Part shown: positions 45,901-64,000 of the stretch, one piece after another | Position numbering within the stretch: the stretch's first letter is position 1 | Layout of the letters: the number at the start of each line of letters is the position of its first letter | Origin: Salpingoeca rosetta | Lineage: Eukaryota; Protista; Choanoflagellata | Direction of reading: 5' to 3' | DNA length: 64,000 nt | Assembly (NCBI GenBank): GCA_033442325.1 | Contig: JAWQFM010000012.1 | Location: 746,122 to 810,121, forward strand | Translations under genes and position numbers: made by a program | The notes under the pieces: generated by a model | What the model was told of the DNA's origin: nothing | Databases searched by the model: none | Seen by the model: only the letters and a program-made list of their open reading frames with translations

Positions 45901-46586
45901 TGCCCAGCACGCGTCGTGTCAACCCCGAGCCCAGCCATCGCGCTCTGGCCCGCATTCACACGCTTCCAGTCATCATCCATGTGCTCAAGCCCGCGGTGGT
46001 CGTGCTCGTGTACACTCTGCCCAGCACGCGTCGTGTCAACCCCGAGCCCAGCCATCGCGCTCTGGCCCGCATTCACACGCTTCCAGTCATCATCCATGTG
46101 CTCAAGCCCGCGGTGGTCGTGCTCGTGTACACTCTGCCCAGCACGCGTCGTGTCAACTCCGAGCCCAGCCATCGCGCTCTGGCCCGCATTCACACGCTTC
46201 CAGTCATCCCCGTCTTCCCCAAAGATATCCCGGAATCGATGTTGGTCCACATGCCTCTCCGTTCCAGTTGTGTCGAGCCACCTGCTGAAATCGGTGATGG
46301 TTGCATGTGTGTCGTGCTTCCACGGGCTGTCCTCATGAGTATCAACTTCTCTGAACTTGGTCTGCTGCGGCCCCACAGGCGTTGTGTCTGGTCTTACTTG
46401 TTTCAGGGCTGTATACGCCTTTGGTACGCGCCTCCAATCGTCGCTGACGTGCAGCTGTGCTAGGCCCCGAAAATCGAGGTTGCGGTACACGCTCACTGGC
46501 ACAATTTCATTCCGAAACTCGTCCACCCAATAATAGTCATGTGCCAGTGCTTCGTCCGCAGTGCTTAAGTATCGAAGGCCCGCCAT
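42948..46586 (-). CDS. Large intronless tandem-repeat protein of unknown function (spans an assembly gap)
   Basis: The frame is open on both sides of the gap. The first ATG is at 46586 (the track's 46721 start is TTG). It has 39/41-aa repeats and a C-terminal charged helix. Confidence 0.8.
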   Translation of the reverse strand: MAGLRYLSTADEALAHDYYWVDEFRNEIVPVSVYRNLDFRGLAQLHVSDDWRRVPKAYTALKQVRPDTTPVGPQQTKFREVDTHEDSPWKHDTHATITDFSRWLDTTGTERHVDQHRFRDIFGEDGDDWKRVNAGQSAMAGLGVDTTRAGQSVHEHDHRGLEHMDDDWKRVNAGQSAMAGLGVDTTRAGQSVHEHDHRGLEHMDDDWKRVNAGQSAMAGLGVDTTRAGQSVHEHDHGGLEHMDDDWKRVNAGQSAMAGLGVDTTRAGQSVHEHDHRGLEHMDDDWKRVNAGQSAMAGLGVDTTRAGQSVHDHXXXXXXXXXXXXXXXXXXXXXXXXXXXXXXXXXXXXXXXXXXXXXXXXXXXXXXXXXXXXXXXXXXXXXXXXXXXXXXXXXXXXXXXXXXXXXXXXXXXXXXXXXXXXXXXXXXXXXXXXXXXXXXXXXXXXXXXXXXXXXXXXXXXXXXXXXXXXXXXXXXXHDHRGLEAVDASDDWKRVNAGQSAMAGLGVDTTRAGQSAHHHDHRGLEAVDASDDWKRVNAGQSAMAGLDYDTVPIGLPLSHHHFRDHFPSGTPPMRFSGTSLHRFSPDYSGAASSVFTHSFRPLPLGLSSSQRWISSTTPLEPVCRDTEPLASSWSSHEFRPVSAGAFAAGSVTHNDTLWLDAIPLLHDTPFEFRPASQPFHAGTYNATHVPPLDTTPYGAPALHRFRDEADAVWRPALNAHDAIKPLDIDTTLTPDEVVFRELERIGFKDNWNPSTRVVRSASPRVLEPLPQHPSTIEYRPEEPAAAAGADRRPRFSVGRVPSPPPAVDTRPLLRHASTHSFRDVSTPDSRRGSTTPVRSASAMAGTAPPPHTPSPSLHASFAERDFFWDYAGANFGKSLKSARSRPLSRQPSNVGFAPMTEEPLFEVLQRFQFRDDATPQRQRQRQQQRERWNTSTRVPEPQYNTSIMSDQAESPRPSRRASLDMRVREQQEHQHQHRRRQWRYSLRTDDLFSRSIEPLDPLPSEVQPDQVFFEQLRRSSMSTPTKRPRALRKTASDVQLRPFSPRSRRATIAVQAPISEMPETDDDHTLAGAGDMPRRPEDRERPRTSTTHGTRGGGGGARTPMWRTPVLANTWEHDAQESLERVIADRRRARMQRREELERRRQRRRELQGDVHTSGDDGIVGANGHRDGDGDGDGDGGASRSLGRQAKPKLTANALERLAKLRDLMERQQF
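44960..46210 (-). repeat. Coding minisatellite with 117-bp (39 aa) and 123-bp (41 aa) units
   Basis: The anchor TCCAGTCATC occurs at 45731, 45848, 45965, 46082 and 46199 (period 117), and at 44993 and 45116 (period 123). Confidence 0.97.
45164..45649. other. Assembly gap (486 N)
   Basis: Run of N inside the coding minisatellite. Confidence 0.99.
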
Positions 46587-46999
46587 TCTGTCTTTGCTAT
46601 CGCAGTTGCTGGTGCTGCTCGCTGTTGAGGTGCTTCGGTTGCTGCGCTGTCCGCTTGGCCTTGTCAACCGAGGTTGAGGCGATTCCCCACAAGCCGCGTC
46701 ACCGGCACCAACAAGATACAAGCAACAATGGGCACCCGCTGCCTCGTCAACAATGATACCAAGAAGCCCTCAAGATAACTTGGGCCCGTCGTGTGAGGAA
46801 GAAGCAAGGGGCACGACGCTGGCGTGTCAGGAGCTGGTGTGGCGTTGTTGCTTGCACGTTGGGCTGGGTGGGGGTGCTTTGCCACAACACACAACAAACA
46901 AACAGGACGCGAAAGCAGCGGCGGTTGATGTCTATTCTTATGTAAATCTTCCGAAAATACTCCACAATGCTGGCGTGTGTGTGTGTGTGTGGGGGGTGT

Positions 47000-47048
<49 letters not shown>

Positions 47049-47163
47049 GTGTGTGTGTGTGTCTGTGTGTGTGTGTGTGTGTTGTGGTGTGGTGTGGTGT
47101 GGTGTGGTGTCCTCTGCGTGTGTGCATTGGTGACCATCACATCAAGGGCAGCACATCACTGGA

Positions 47164-47305
47164 TCAAACAGGCATGACATCAATTTGCAAGGAAGCGACG
47201 CGGTCAGGAGCAAGGTGGATGTTGGCATAGTGGAGGCCATGCTTCGTGATTGGGTTGACAATTTCGATCCGTTCCTTGGGAACCTCAAGCCACAACTGCA
47301 AACAG

Positions 47306-47349
<44 letters not shown>

Positions 47350-48836
47350 CGTTGTGAGTTGTGTGATTGCATGAGCGGGTGACTGAGCTGAGGCAGCCAT
47401 CCTGAACAGCCCTGTGAGCGTCCCCCTTCTTCACATGACGGGTATCAGTGTGGATGAGATTTGGCTCAACCCTACACCTTACTCTTCGGTTCCCATACAT
47501 TCGCAGACGCATACCACCACGCACGCACACAGACACACGTAGTTTGTACCTGGTGTTTGCAAGCAACACTGATGGCGTCAGGCGTGACTTCGAATGTTTT
47601 GGACTTGTTGCGGTGCAGCTCGACCAACTTCTTGTTGATGTGCCGCTCAATCTGTCGTCACGCAGCGCACACGAGCGTGGTGGGGCAGTGAGTGGCGAGA
47701 GGGTTGGGGAGTGGTGGTGCAAGGGGCAGGAAGTATGTTGCGCGCGCATGAGAGTTGCGTTCTGCTGTTCGCTGCACATGAACAGGTTTTTGTTACACCG
47801 AGAACCAGCAAATGCACACCCGCACAACCACAGACGCGCGTGAACCAACAGCTTGCCCTCGTGCACGCACACACGCATACACAATCACACACAGCGCTGT
47901 GGTAGCTTCACCTTTGCCATTTTGGCAACCTCATCAGGCACCAGTGCCTGCATCTCTGCGGCAGACTTGGCTTCCTGTTGTGGGGCGATGGTGGGTGAGA
48001 GACGTGACACAGTGTGAGTGGCGGCAATGTATGTGCCAGTGGTTCGAGCAACACTTGCCGCGTGACTGCATGAAGTGCGCAGGCAGGGAAGTGAAGCGAA
48101 GGCGCAACAACATGTGCAGTCGACGGCAGGATGTGGGGTGCCGGCTTACTGGGTTGACAAAGGCTCGTGTGTCCCTGTTCAAGTAGAGTGCCTTTCCTTG
48201 TGGAATGAGAAAGTTACGGCCGTATCCGCGCTTCACTTCTGTGACGGCTCCCTTCTCCCCCAAGCCTATTCACAGCATAACAAGGTTGATTGTGTTGATT
48301 GTGCGTGTGTGTGTGTGCGCGCGCGCGAGTCCATGTGATTGTGGGTCGCGTGTACACGTGTGCAGAGGCATAAGTGCGTGTGGATGTGTGCGTGTGCGTG
48401 AGGTATGAGAGATGAAGAGTAAAGCTACAGGTGTGATGGTTGCCCATGTAAGCAGTGCAACTGACTTGGAATGTTTTCCAGGAGCACAATCTTCATGAGT
48501 GGATTCCTGTTGGGCTTGCGCAGCCGCTTGGTTGACATGGACCTGATAGCTGTCCACATCTGTTCACCCATGCAAAGGAGATTGACGCACACACATGCAC
48601 GGTGTGTATGTATGTATGTGTGTGTGTGTGTGTGTGTGTGTTGTGTGTGTGTGTGTGAGCACGTGAGCGTATGCAAGTTGCCATTGCTGGCGCAGTTTGA
48701 ACTTTTGGCATCTTCAAGCATCAAACGAGCACAAGAAGCGAGACAATGAGTGAGCAAAAGAAGCGAGGCAGTGGGTGAGCCAGCTTTGCTTGTGTGCCCT
48801 GCGGCACCCACGCACCCCTCTTGCCGTGCTCGCCAT
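47164..48836 (-). CDS. MRPL9: Mitochondrial ribosomal protein bL9m
   Basis: Arg/Ser-rich presequence-like start MASTARG|MWTAIRSMSTKRLRK, then MKIVLLENIP.|LGEKGAVTEVKRGYGRNFLIPQGKALY (L9 N-domain) and a C-domain ..NPITKHGLHYANIHL..LQIDVMPV*. Confidence 0.9.
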
Positions 48837-49101
48837 GGTGTGTGCGTGGTGCAGTGCAGTCGGCGTGCTCCAAACAGCAGCAGCAGCGGAAAAGGAAGAA
48901 GAGAAAGAAAAAAGAAGAGAAAACGCACACACACACACAAACGCGCACACACACACACACAAACGCACAGAACAACGCGACTTGCTCCTCCCCAACGACG
49001 ACCATCATCCGCAACACGACTTTGAGCCTGGTGTTGATCGGACAGCAGCGCTAAGCAGGCAACACAGCAGGCGCCATCGTCCCAGCTGCTGCACTGTAGT
49101 G

Positions 49102-49974
49102 ATGGGTTGGCGACGTGTGTGTGTGAGCGCCGTCGTTGCAGCAGCAGTCACTGCGTTGTTGTGCGCGTGCGTCTCAGAAGCAGCACCGCAGGATCTTCAG
49201 CATGGAGATGAGGGTAGGATCGGAACGCAGGCGGCGATGGACTTTGAACAGACTGCAGGCAATGAGAGACAAGCCATTTGGCAGGTGGTGTCCAGGCACT
49301 TGGATGACTTCCATCTCCTCTCGCGCGCTGACGTCGTCGTGTCTTCAGCCACGCCAGCGCAACCAGGGATGACACCCACGCACACACTCACGTTCGAAGT
49401 CAAGCAGGTACGCTCCTGCGGTGGGTGGGCGCATCCCCTGGTCGAGCGAGAGTGGATAATGGAGAGGGGTTGCGGAGGCGGGCATGGTGACTTCACTACA
49501 TCGTCTGTCTGTATGTCTGTGACATACCTCGTGCTCCCATCTTTACGCCATGATCATGAACGAAGCATTCCATACACACACACATGCACATCCATGCCGC
49601 CGATCGTGCTCATGTTTGCATTTCCTCTGCTCTGCTTGCAACCAGGGTGTGCCCATGACGGTAGCGCTATCCCCTAACACGGCCCTCTTCAACCATGGCA
49701 CTCGCGTCTTGTCCGTGAGCCAAGCGGGTGTGCGCGAAGTTGCCCACAGCATCCACACCTCGTTTTGGACAGGTCAGCAATGCTGAGTGCCTGTGTATGT
49801 GTGTGTAGGTGTGGGTGGGTATGTGTGTGTGTGTGTGTGTGGATATGTGGGTGCATGTGTACATGTGGATGTGTGTGTGTGTGTGTGCATGTGTGTGTGT
49901 GCGCGTGTGTGTACGGTTGTATCTGCGCGAGAACCAGCGCCAACATCGCCCCACTCATGAGTCGATCGCGAACA

Positions 49975-50005
<31 letters not shown>

Positions 50006-50952
50006 CGCAGACGGGCAGGGCGCCCGGTTTCGGATCGAGGATGGCATTGTCCTGAGTGGCAGTTTCGCGCGCAACGACACCAGATACACGCTGGATTCCG
50101 TGCACGCCATGTTGCACTGGACGGAGCTCCCCACCGTGGAGCAGGCGCTGTTTGGCGCGAACGAGGCCATATTCGCCGACATTGCATCACGGTATCTGGT
50201 CGTGTACCACATGGGCAGCATGCGCTGGCCGCACAACATCTTCTCGAACAACAGCAGGGCGTTCTCTGCGTGTGGCAGCGAACGCCTTCGCCGTGCAGCC
50301 GACGAACTGGCTGCAGCGGCAGAACCAGAAGGACATGAACATGACGCCCATGCATCGTAAGCGCTTCCGCGGCACAAGAGAGAGAGAGAGAGAGACCGTG
50401 TGCGTGTTTTGTGTGCGTGTGTTGTGTGCGTGGGTGTGAGTGAGTGAGTGAGTGAGTGTGTGAGTGAGTGAGTGAGTGAGTGAGTGAGATTGTGTGTGCA
50501 TATACGCTATGAGTACTTGTGTGTTCCCAACCCCCCTCTCACGTGCGAATCCCACCCCACCTGCCATCCATCTCCACCCCCCCCCAATACTGGGCAGGAG
50601 CCAGACCGCACGTGTCCGGCGCAGTTCTGAGGACAACACGTGCAAGCTGACGCTTGTTGGCGACTACCGCTTCTTTGAGCATCTTGGCAGCAACACGGGT
50701 GCAGCCGTCAACACCATGGTCGAATTCATCACATACGTCGACAGAAAGTACAACAGCACTTGCGTGCGCATGTGTCTCTGAGTCTTTTGTGTGTGGGGGG
50801 GGGACATGTGTGTGTTTGTGTGTGTGTTTGTTTGTTTGGTTGGTTGTTTGTCGTGCTCAAAAGCGCAGTTGCGTTCGTATGCACCTGCCCGCGTATGTGC
50901 CCACTGCTTGAGGCCAATGCTCACGTGCATGTGTATATGCGTGCGTGCGTGC

Positions 50953-51022
<70 letters not shown>

Positions 51023-52366
51023 CACAGCTTCCGCATGACCACGTTTGGCCAGTTTGAAGACATTGGGCTCGCTGTATCGGACATTGTCGTGTACGAGGAC
51101 GCCGCCTCCGACCCATACTACAAGTATGCACTCTATCTCTCTCTCTCTCTCTTGTGTGTGTGTGTGAATGTGTGAATGTGTGTGTATGTGTGTGTGTGTG
51201 TGCGTGCGTGTGTGGATGTGTGAATGTGTGTGTGAAGCTGAGAGTTGGTGAGGCAGTCAACCTCACGTCATCTTCGTGCAACCACGTTGCGTGTGTTCGT
51301 TTGCAACTGTGTACGGTTCCCCAAGGTCCACACCATGGGACGTGACGGCTCTGCTGCAGAAACTCTCAGAGCGCCCGAACGCGCCGCTGGACTGGTCGTC
51401 CGTCTGCCTGGTTCACCTCTTCACCTACCAAGGTGCAGTCCACATTGCTCCCATGTATCGGCACGGTGTGTGTGTGTGTGTGTGCGACCTGATTTGCTTC
51501 ATCACCGTGCATGTGTGGCACCCACTGTTGAGCACACAACCAACGCGTACGTGACACATCACCACCTCGGGCGTGCTGCAGACTTTGCTGACGGGGTGCA
51601 AGGGCTGGCGTGGGTTGGGAACGAGCGCAACGGAGGCATCTGCGACGGATTCGGACAGACGAAGATGTCGTACCTCAACGCAGGCCTCACCACGGGCATC
51701 AACTGGGGGACGGGGCTGATGAAGCTCGGTAGGCACACGGAGTGGCGATGGGGCGCAGCGGTGGCTGATGCTTGGTGCTTGGTGGCTAATGCTTGGTGCT
51801 TGGTGGTGCTTGGTGTTTGGTGTTTGGTGGCTGGAGTGGAGGTGGGGTGGGGGTGTGATGCGGTCATGTGCGTCCGCTCAACTCACACGCACACGCCACC
51901 ACTGGAACGGCCTCTGCTGTGCACAGCGTGGGAGCTGACGGTGCAGCACGAGATTGGACACAACTTTGGCAGTCCACACGATCCCGCCACAGCGCAATGC
52001 ACGCCAGAAGGTACAGTCATAGTCCTGATACGCGTACGCGTTTTGTGTGTGTGTGTGTGTGTGTATGTGTGTATGTGTGTGTATGTGTGTGTGCGTTTTG
52101 TACGTCCGTTTGTGTGCGCGTGCGTGTCTTTGTGATGTGTGTGTCTTCAAGCCAACACGTTACGCAATGCTGACTTGACCCAACGCATCGCATCCGACCA
52201 CACACCAATCAACCTGCCGAGCCAGCGAACCACTTTGTGATGAATGCCAACTCTGTTGATGGCACCGCGTCCAACAACGCACGCTTCTCGCCCTGCTCCA
52301 CTTCCAGCATTGAGGCCATCATTGCAGTCCGGGTATCACACACGCCCTGCTTGCATGAGTGTGTGT

Positions 52367-52403
<37 letters not shown>

Positions 52404-53578
52404 ATTCAACCCTGACATGGACACATGTGTGAAGGAGGGAGCGACGGGTTGTTGTGCCCCACGTTGTCAAGTGACTCGCCTCCCCGTGCCATACATGTGT
52501 TCTTGCACGCACAATGCTGTCATGATCAGGGCACGTGCTTCGCCCCAACGCCGGCCAACATCTGCGGAAATGGAATCCTCGAGCCAGCAGGAGCCGACGA
52601 CCAAGAAGGTGTGTGTGTGCGTGTGTGTGTGTGCATGTGTGTGTGTCTACCTCTGTGTCTGTGTGTGTGTGTCTGTGTGTGTCTGTGTCTGTATCTCTGT
52701 ATCTCTGTGTCTGTGTGCTTTGTCATGCTTTGCACTTTGCTTCCTTGCAAGGACATCACTCTATCATCACCAGCAAACCTGCTCCACGCACTTTGCTCAC
52801 CAAATCGCGACATCACCACCACCATCGCCGCCACCGCCACTGTCAGGGACGAGCGACGACGAGGAGTGCGACGAGGGATACAGCGGCGGGTCCTGCTGCA
52901 CTTCAACCTGCAAACTCCGCGTACGATCAAATGTCACCCTTGCCAGCACTGCCCTTGTAGTCTTGTTCGTTTGTTCGCTTGCTTGTTTGTTTGTTCGTTT
53001 GTGCATATTTGTGTGCGCACATGTCCACGCGATGACATGAAGTTCCACAGCACAAACACACACACACACACACACCCGCTGTTGCCATAACGCTGTTTCG
53101 TGCACGTGTGTGTCCGATCACGCGATCATGCCATCGCCTCGAATCAGTCTGGCGCAAGCTGCAGCGGCACCAACTTTGAGTGCTGTGAGGATTGCCAGGC
53201 CGCCCCCAACAAACTGGTGTGTGTTAGAGGAAGGGCGTTCGTCGTGGTGGTGGAGGTGCACATGACTGGTATTGGTTCTCTGGTGCTGTGCCATTGCGTC
53301 GCAGCTCTATGGCCACTTGGATTGCTCACCCTGTGCACACACACACACACACACACGCATGCAACCGCACACGTACTCAATTTCGCACCCACTGTCGCAC
53401 TCCCACACACTCACTCGCACTCACTCTCGCACCCACACACTCACTCACACTCACGTACTCGCTGGTGTATGTTCACAATGGCAGTGTTTCAAGTCGTTTG
53501 CCTTTGACATCAAGTGCCGCGCGGATACGCACTGCAAAGCAAACTCGTACACATGTCCAGACATCCAACAGGTACTCC

Positions 53579-53676
<98 letters not shown>

Positions 53677-55312
53677 CTACTACCATTGGCCCTGCGTTGG
53701 CTGTGCATGTCACCCCATTAACCGGCCGCGTGTACATGTTCAAACTGTGCGCTTTGTTCGCAATCACAGCAGCATAATTCCGGCACGCTTCCACAACCCT
53801 TTACAGCATCCACATACCATTCACACACCATCCACACACCACCACCACTCCAAACACATTCCAACGACCACTTCAAACACCATATATGCGCGCGTGCAGA
53901 AACCGACGGGCACGGAGTGTGTCAACCACGGTCAGTGCGTCCCCGCCGCTGATCCAGACAGCCGCTGCCAGCCCTTCTGTGCGGCGTTTGGGGCCGCAAC
54001 CTGCCAGTGCGCTGCTGGTTCTGGCGAGGAGTGCTCGCTGTGCTGTGTCAATGATGAAACGGTCACGACGCTCTACTGCCCGCAGGGATACACGTGGAAC
54101 GCCACCACCGCCATCTGCGACAATGATGTGCGCGCTGTGTGTCCGTGTGTGTGTGTGTGTGTGTGTCTGTGTGTGTGTGTGTGTCTGTGTGTGTCTGTGT
54201 CTGTGTGATTTCATACGTGTGAATGAAGTTGCTTGCCAATTTTTCCTGCGTGTCAATCTTGGTTCCACCATGTCTGCAACGACGCTCACAACAGCGCTTT
54301 TTCGATGTCGTTGCATCTTGTTTCTTGTTGTTGATGTACTTATTGTTTTTTTTCTATGCAGTCGAATCCCTCCGACCACGTGGCGGGATCACGTCCGTTC
54401 ACAGACACATGTACAGCTGCACACGAGGTGACCATCACGCTGCTGATGGTCGTGAGCGTGTGTGTGTGCACATATGCCCCGCACCATCGGTTGCCGCTTT
54501 GTTTGTGCACGTTTGGTTCGATGCACGAATGCGTATGTGCACTTGTTCCCCCTTGCATCATGGCCGCTCAATGTATTCGCCATTCCCCCCCCCCCCCCCT
54601 CTTCGCCACTGCAGGTGCTGTCTGGTGCGCAATACAGTCATCTGCGAACACCAGCGGGCGAAGCTCTCTCCCGTGCTTCTCTCAAGCTCACCCCAGGCTC
54701 CGTGAGTTGCTTTGTTCGCGTCGTTGTCGTCGTCGTCTTGGTGCCGCGTCGCCAGAATCACCACTGACCACCACGTCAATGTCTCTCTCTCTCTCTCTCT
54801 CTCGTATGCTCGTGTGTGCATGGTGTGTGTGTGTGTGTGACCAGGTGTGCCATGGTGGGACGTGTTCGGACGAGGGCACGTGCACAGCGCCACCAGACGA
54901 CTTTGCGTCGCGCATCTTCACCTTCTTCTCGTCCCTCACCCTCAACGACATCAAAGGTGTGCGTGCATCGGTGTTGTATTCACAGTGGTGCTGGTGGTGG
55001 TTGCTTCCCTGTGCCTGTGTCTCCGTGTAATCACCCCAAATGCCCAAATGCATGTGCAGCAACGTGCCTTGAGAGGTGTGCCTTCAGAGGACATTCGCAT
55101 TCCACTGACGCTGTTCTTGTCCCCTTTCGGCATCACAACACACACACACACACACACACACACTCGCATGTCCTGTGACCAGAGTGGATGAAGCGAAACA
55201 TTGTGCCAACAGTGCTGGTGCTGTCGATTCTCCTCTGGATTCCACTCTCCTGCTGCCTCGCAAAACAGGTCACACCCAATGCACACAAAGGGGAGAGGGG
55301 GGAGACAGAGGA

Positions 55313-55354
<42 letters not shown>

Positions 55355-55686
55355 TGTGTGTCTGTGTGTCTGTGTGTGTCTGTGTGTGTCTGTGTGTGTG
55401 TGCAGGTGTTGGGGGCACAACAATCGTCGGCACTTCATTCATCACATGCACACACACACACACAACGCTACAAACAAACACGCACACAACACAATTCACG
55501 AACGATTACAGGACGCGAAGAAGTTGAAGATTCTTGAGGAGCAAGAGGCGAAACTAGAGGACCACCGACAGGAATATGTCGCCACCAAGATGAGGGGCGG
55601 GCCCAGACCAAAGTCTGCATTTCGCCTTAAACAGGACAATTTTGCCGACAACACCCGCAGTCGTGTCGCACCAGGTGAGGGATGGC

Positions 55687-55758
<72 letters not shown>

Positions 55759-55942
55759 ATGTGCCAGAGTTCATGTTGATCGCCTCGTGGTTTTTTCCTT
55801 ACTCACACTCCTCCTCCCCTTACCTCGTCAAATTCTGTGCTCAGCGCCAGTGGACACACCGGACACCATTGGCGTCAATTATTCCCCACAACAGCAGCAG
55901 GAGGCGTGGGCCACGCGGGGAGGTGAGCAGTGCCCCCAGTGA
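49102..55942 (+). CDS. ADAM10/ADAM17-like metalloprotease-disintegrin
   Basis: Signal peptide; prodomain with Cys switch (FSACG); furin-like RVRR|S; [13 protein letters not shown]; [12 protein letters not shown]; Met-turn [21 protein letters not shown]; disintegrin [16 protein letters not shown]; Cys-rich region; [22 protein letters not shown]; cytoplasmic tail. Confidence 0.93.
53580..53675 (+). repeat. Compound (CAT)n(CAG)n microsatellite in an ADAM intron
   Basis: About 20 CAT units run directly into about 12 CAG units. Confidence 0.95.
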
Positions 55943-56883
55943 TGATGGTGGTGGTGGTGGTGGTGGTGTTGTCGTGTTGCACAATGGGGCACGTGACGAG
56001 GAATGTGAGATGATGTGTGCGTGCATGCAAACTTGGGGACGGGAGGGGGGCAACGTGCGACGAGGTGACTGGGGTTTTGTTGTGTGCTCATGCTGCACTC
56101 ACACATGCCTTCACACACATGTGCAGACATTGCTGGAACAAGCTTTGCTTGAGCTGTTGTTTGTTACAATCGATGATGGTTCGCATTCGTGTGCGCGTGC
56201 GTTGGTTTTGTTTTGTTATTGTGCTGCTGCTTTTCCTGGTTCTATTGTGTTGCTCTGTCCCTTTGCGCACCTTTTTCGTCCGTGTTGTATTTCCTTCTCA
56301 CAACCAGAAGCATCGGAGATGCTCATGTTATTCGTCTGTTTGTTGGCTCTTGTGCTTGCAAGCAAATGTGCTTCGCCGTCATGCCACTGTGATGAGTGGT
56401 GCTGTCTACTGGCCGCTGCTCGCATTTATCAGCCAATGCGACCTTGACACCCAATTAAATGAAACGACAACCAACCTGCGTGCGATGGTGGATGTGCTTG
56501 CTTGCAAGCGTGTGTGTGATGGTGGATGTGCTTGCTTGCAAGCATGTGTTCACGCCTAATTGCTGTTCCGCACCACTCATGCGCCGCGCGCTTCTCCTGC
56601 CAGCCATGACATCATCGGCACTGTCCTTGGCGGGTTTATTCTCAATCATTCTCTTTCATCATCGCATCGTGAATTACAATTGGAGCAGAACAAGGCAATC
56701 AGTCGTCACATGTGTGCATGTGCACAGCAGAAGAAAAGCGAGCGGCGGGTAACAGACGCGCAGAAGCAAAACGTTAGTGTATGGTGTGCGCACGCATATG
56801 TGTTGTGTGTGTGTATGTGTGTGTATGTGTGTGTGTGTCTGTGTCTGTGTGTGCGTGTGTGCGTGTGTGCGTTTGCTAGTTCA

Positions 56884-63989
<7,106 letters not shown>

Positions 63990-64000
63990 TGTTGTGTTGT

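Noticed and set aside
44960-46210. Regular repeats that might suggest a CRISPR array
   Set aside because: The units are contiguous with no unique spacers, their lengths are multiples of 3 within an ORF, there are no cas genes, and the context is eukaryotic.
44898-46463. Plus-strand ORFs of 521 and 423 aa over the repeat array
   Set aside because: They are antisense shadows of the repeat, inflated by the N gap.
46587-47130. Search for an RFX X-box that would support a ciliary role for the repeat protein
   Set aside because: Only partial GTTGC/GCAAC half-sites were seen, with no convincing palindrome.
56484-56548. Two copies of GATGGTGGATGTGCTTGCTTGCAAGC between the converging ADAM and VPS28 3' ends
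   Set aside because: It is a short local duplication with no evidence of function.

Overview
This is eukaryotic, intron-dense genomic DNA with (CA)n/(TG)n microsatellites in most introns. The style and gene content point to a choanoflagellate such as Salpingoeca rosetta (inference). Most ORFs in the supplied track are HT/CV microsatellite artefacts, so genes were rebuilt by hand from GT-AG exon chains. About 15 complete or partial genes are present: a partial gene at the left edge, PPIE/Cyp33, GSTZ1, a ~100-aa orphan, PDI, a single-PH-domain protein, a multidomain GT77 glycosyltransferase, ZNHIT1, CLEC16A, NUP85, a long protein ending in an SVBP-like helix, an Shc-type PTB adaptor with a Tyr-motif tail, an intronless 39-aa-repeat protein spanning an assembly gap, MRPL9, an ADAM10/17-like protease, and an NPF/coiled-coil/LIM protein that splices in frame into a complete Vps28. 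The most notable items are the LIM-Vps28 fusion, the SVBP-like module, the repeat protein, the [pseudo-GT-EGF]x2-GT77 architecture, and a TG-first/CA-last polarity inside introns. No RNA genes, CRISPR arrays or mobile elements were recognised. Homology calls come from remembered motifs, not from database searches.
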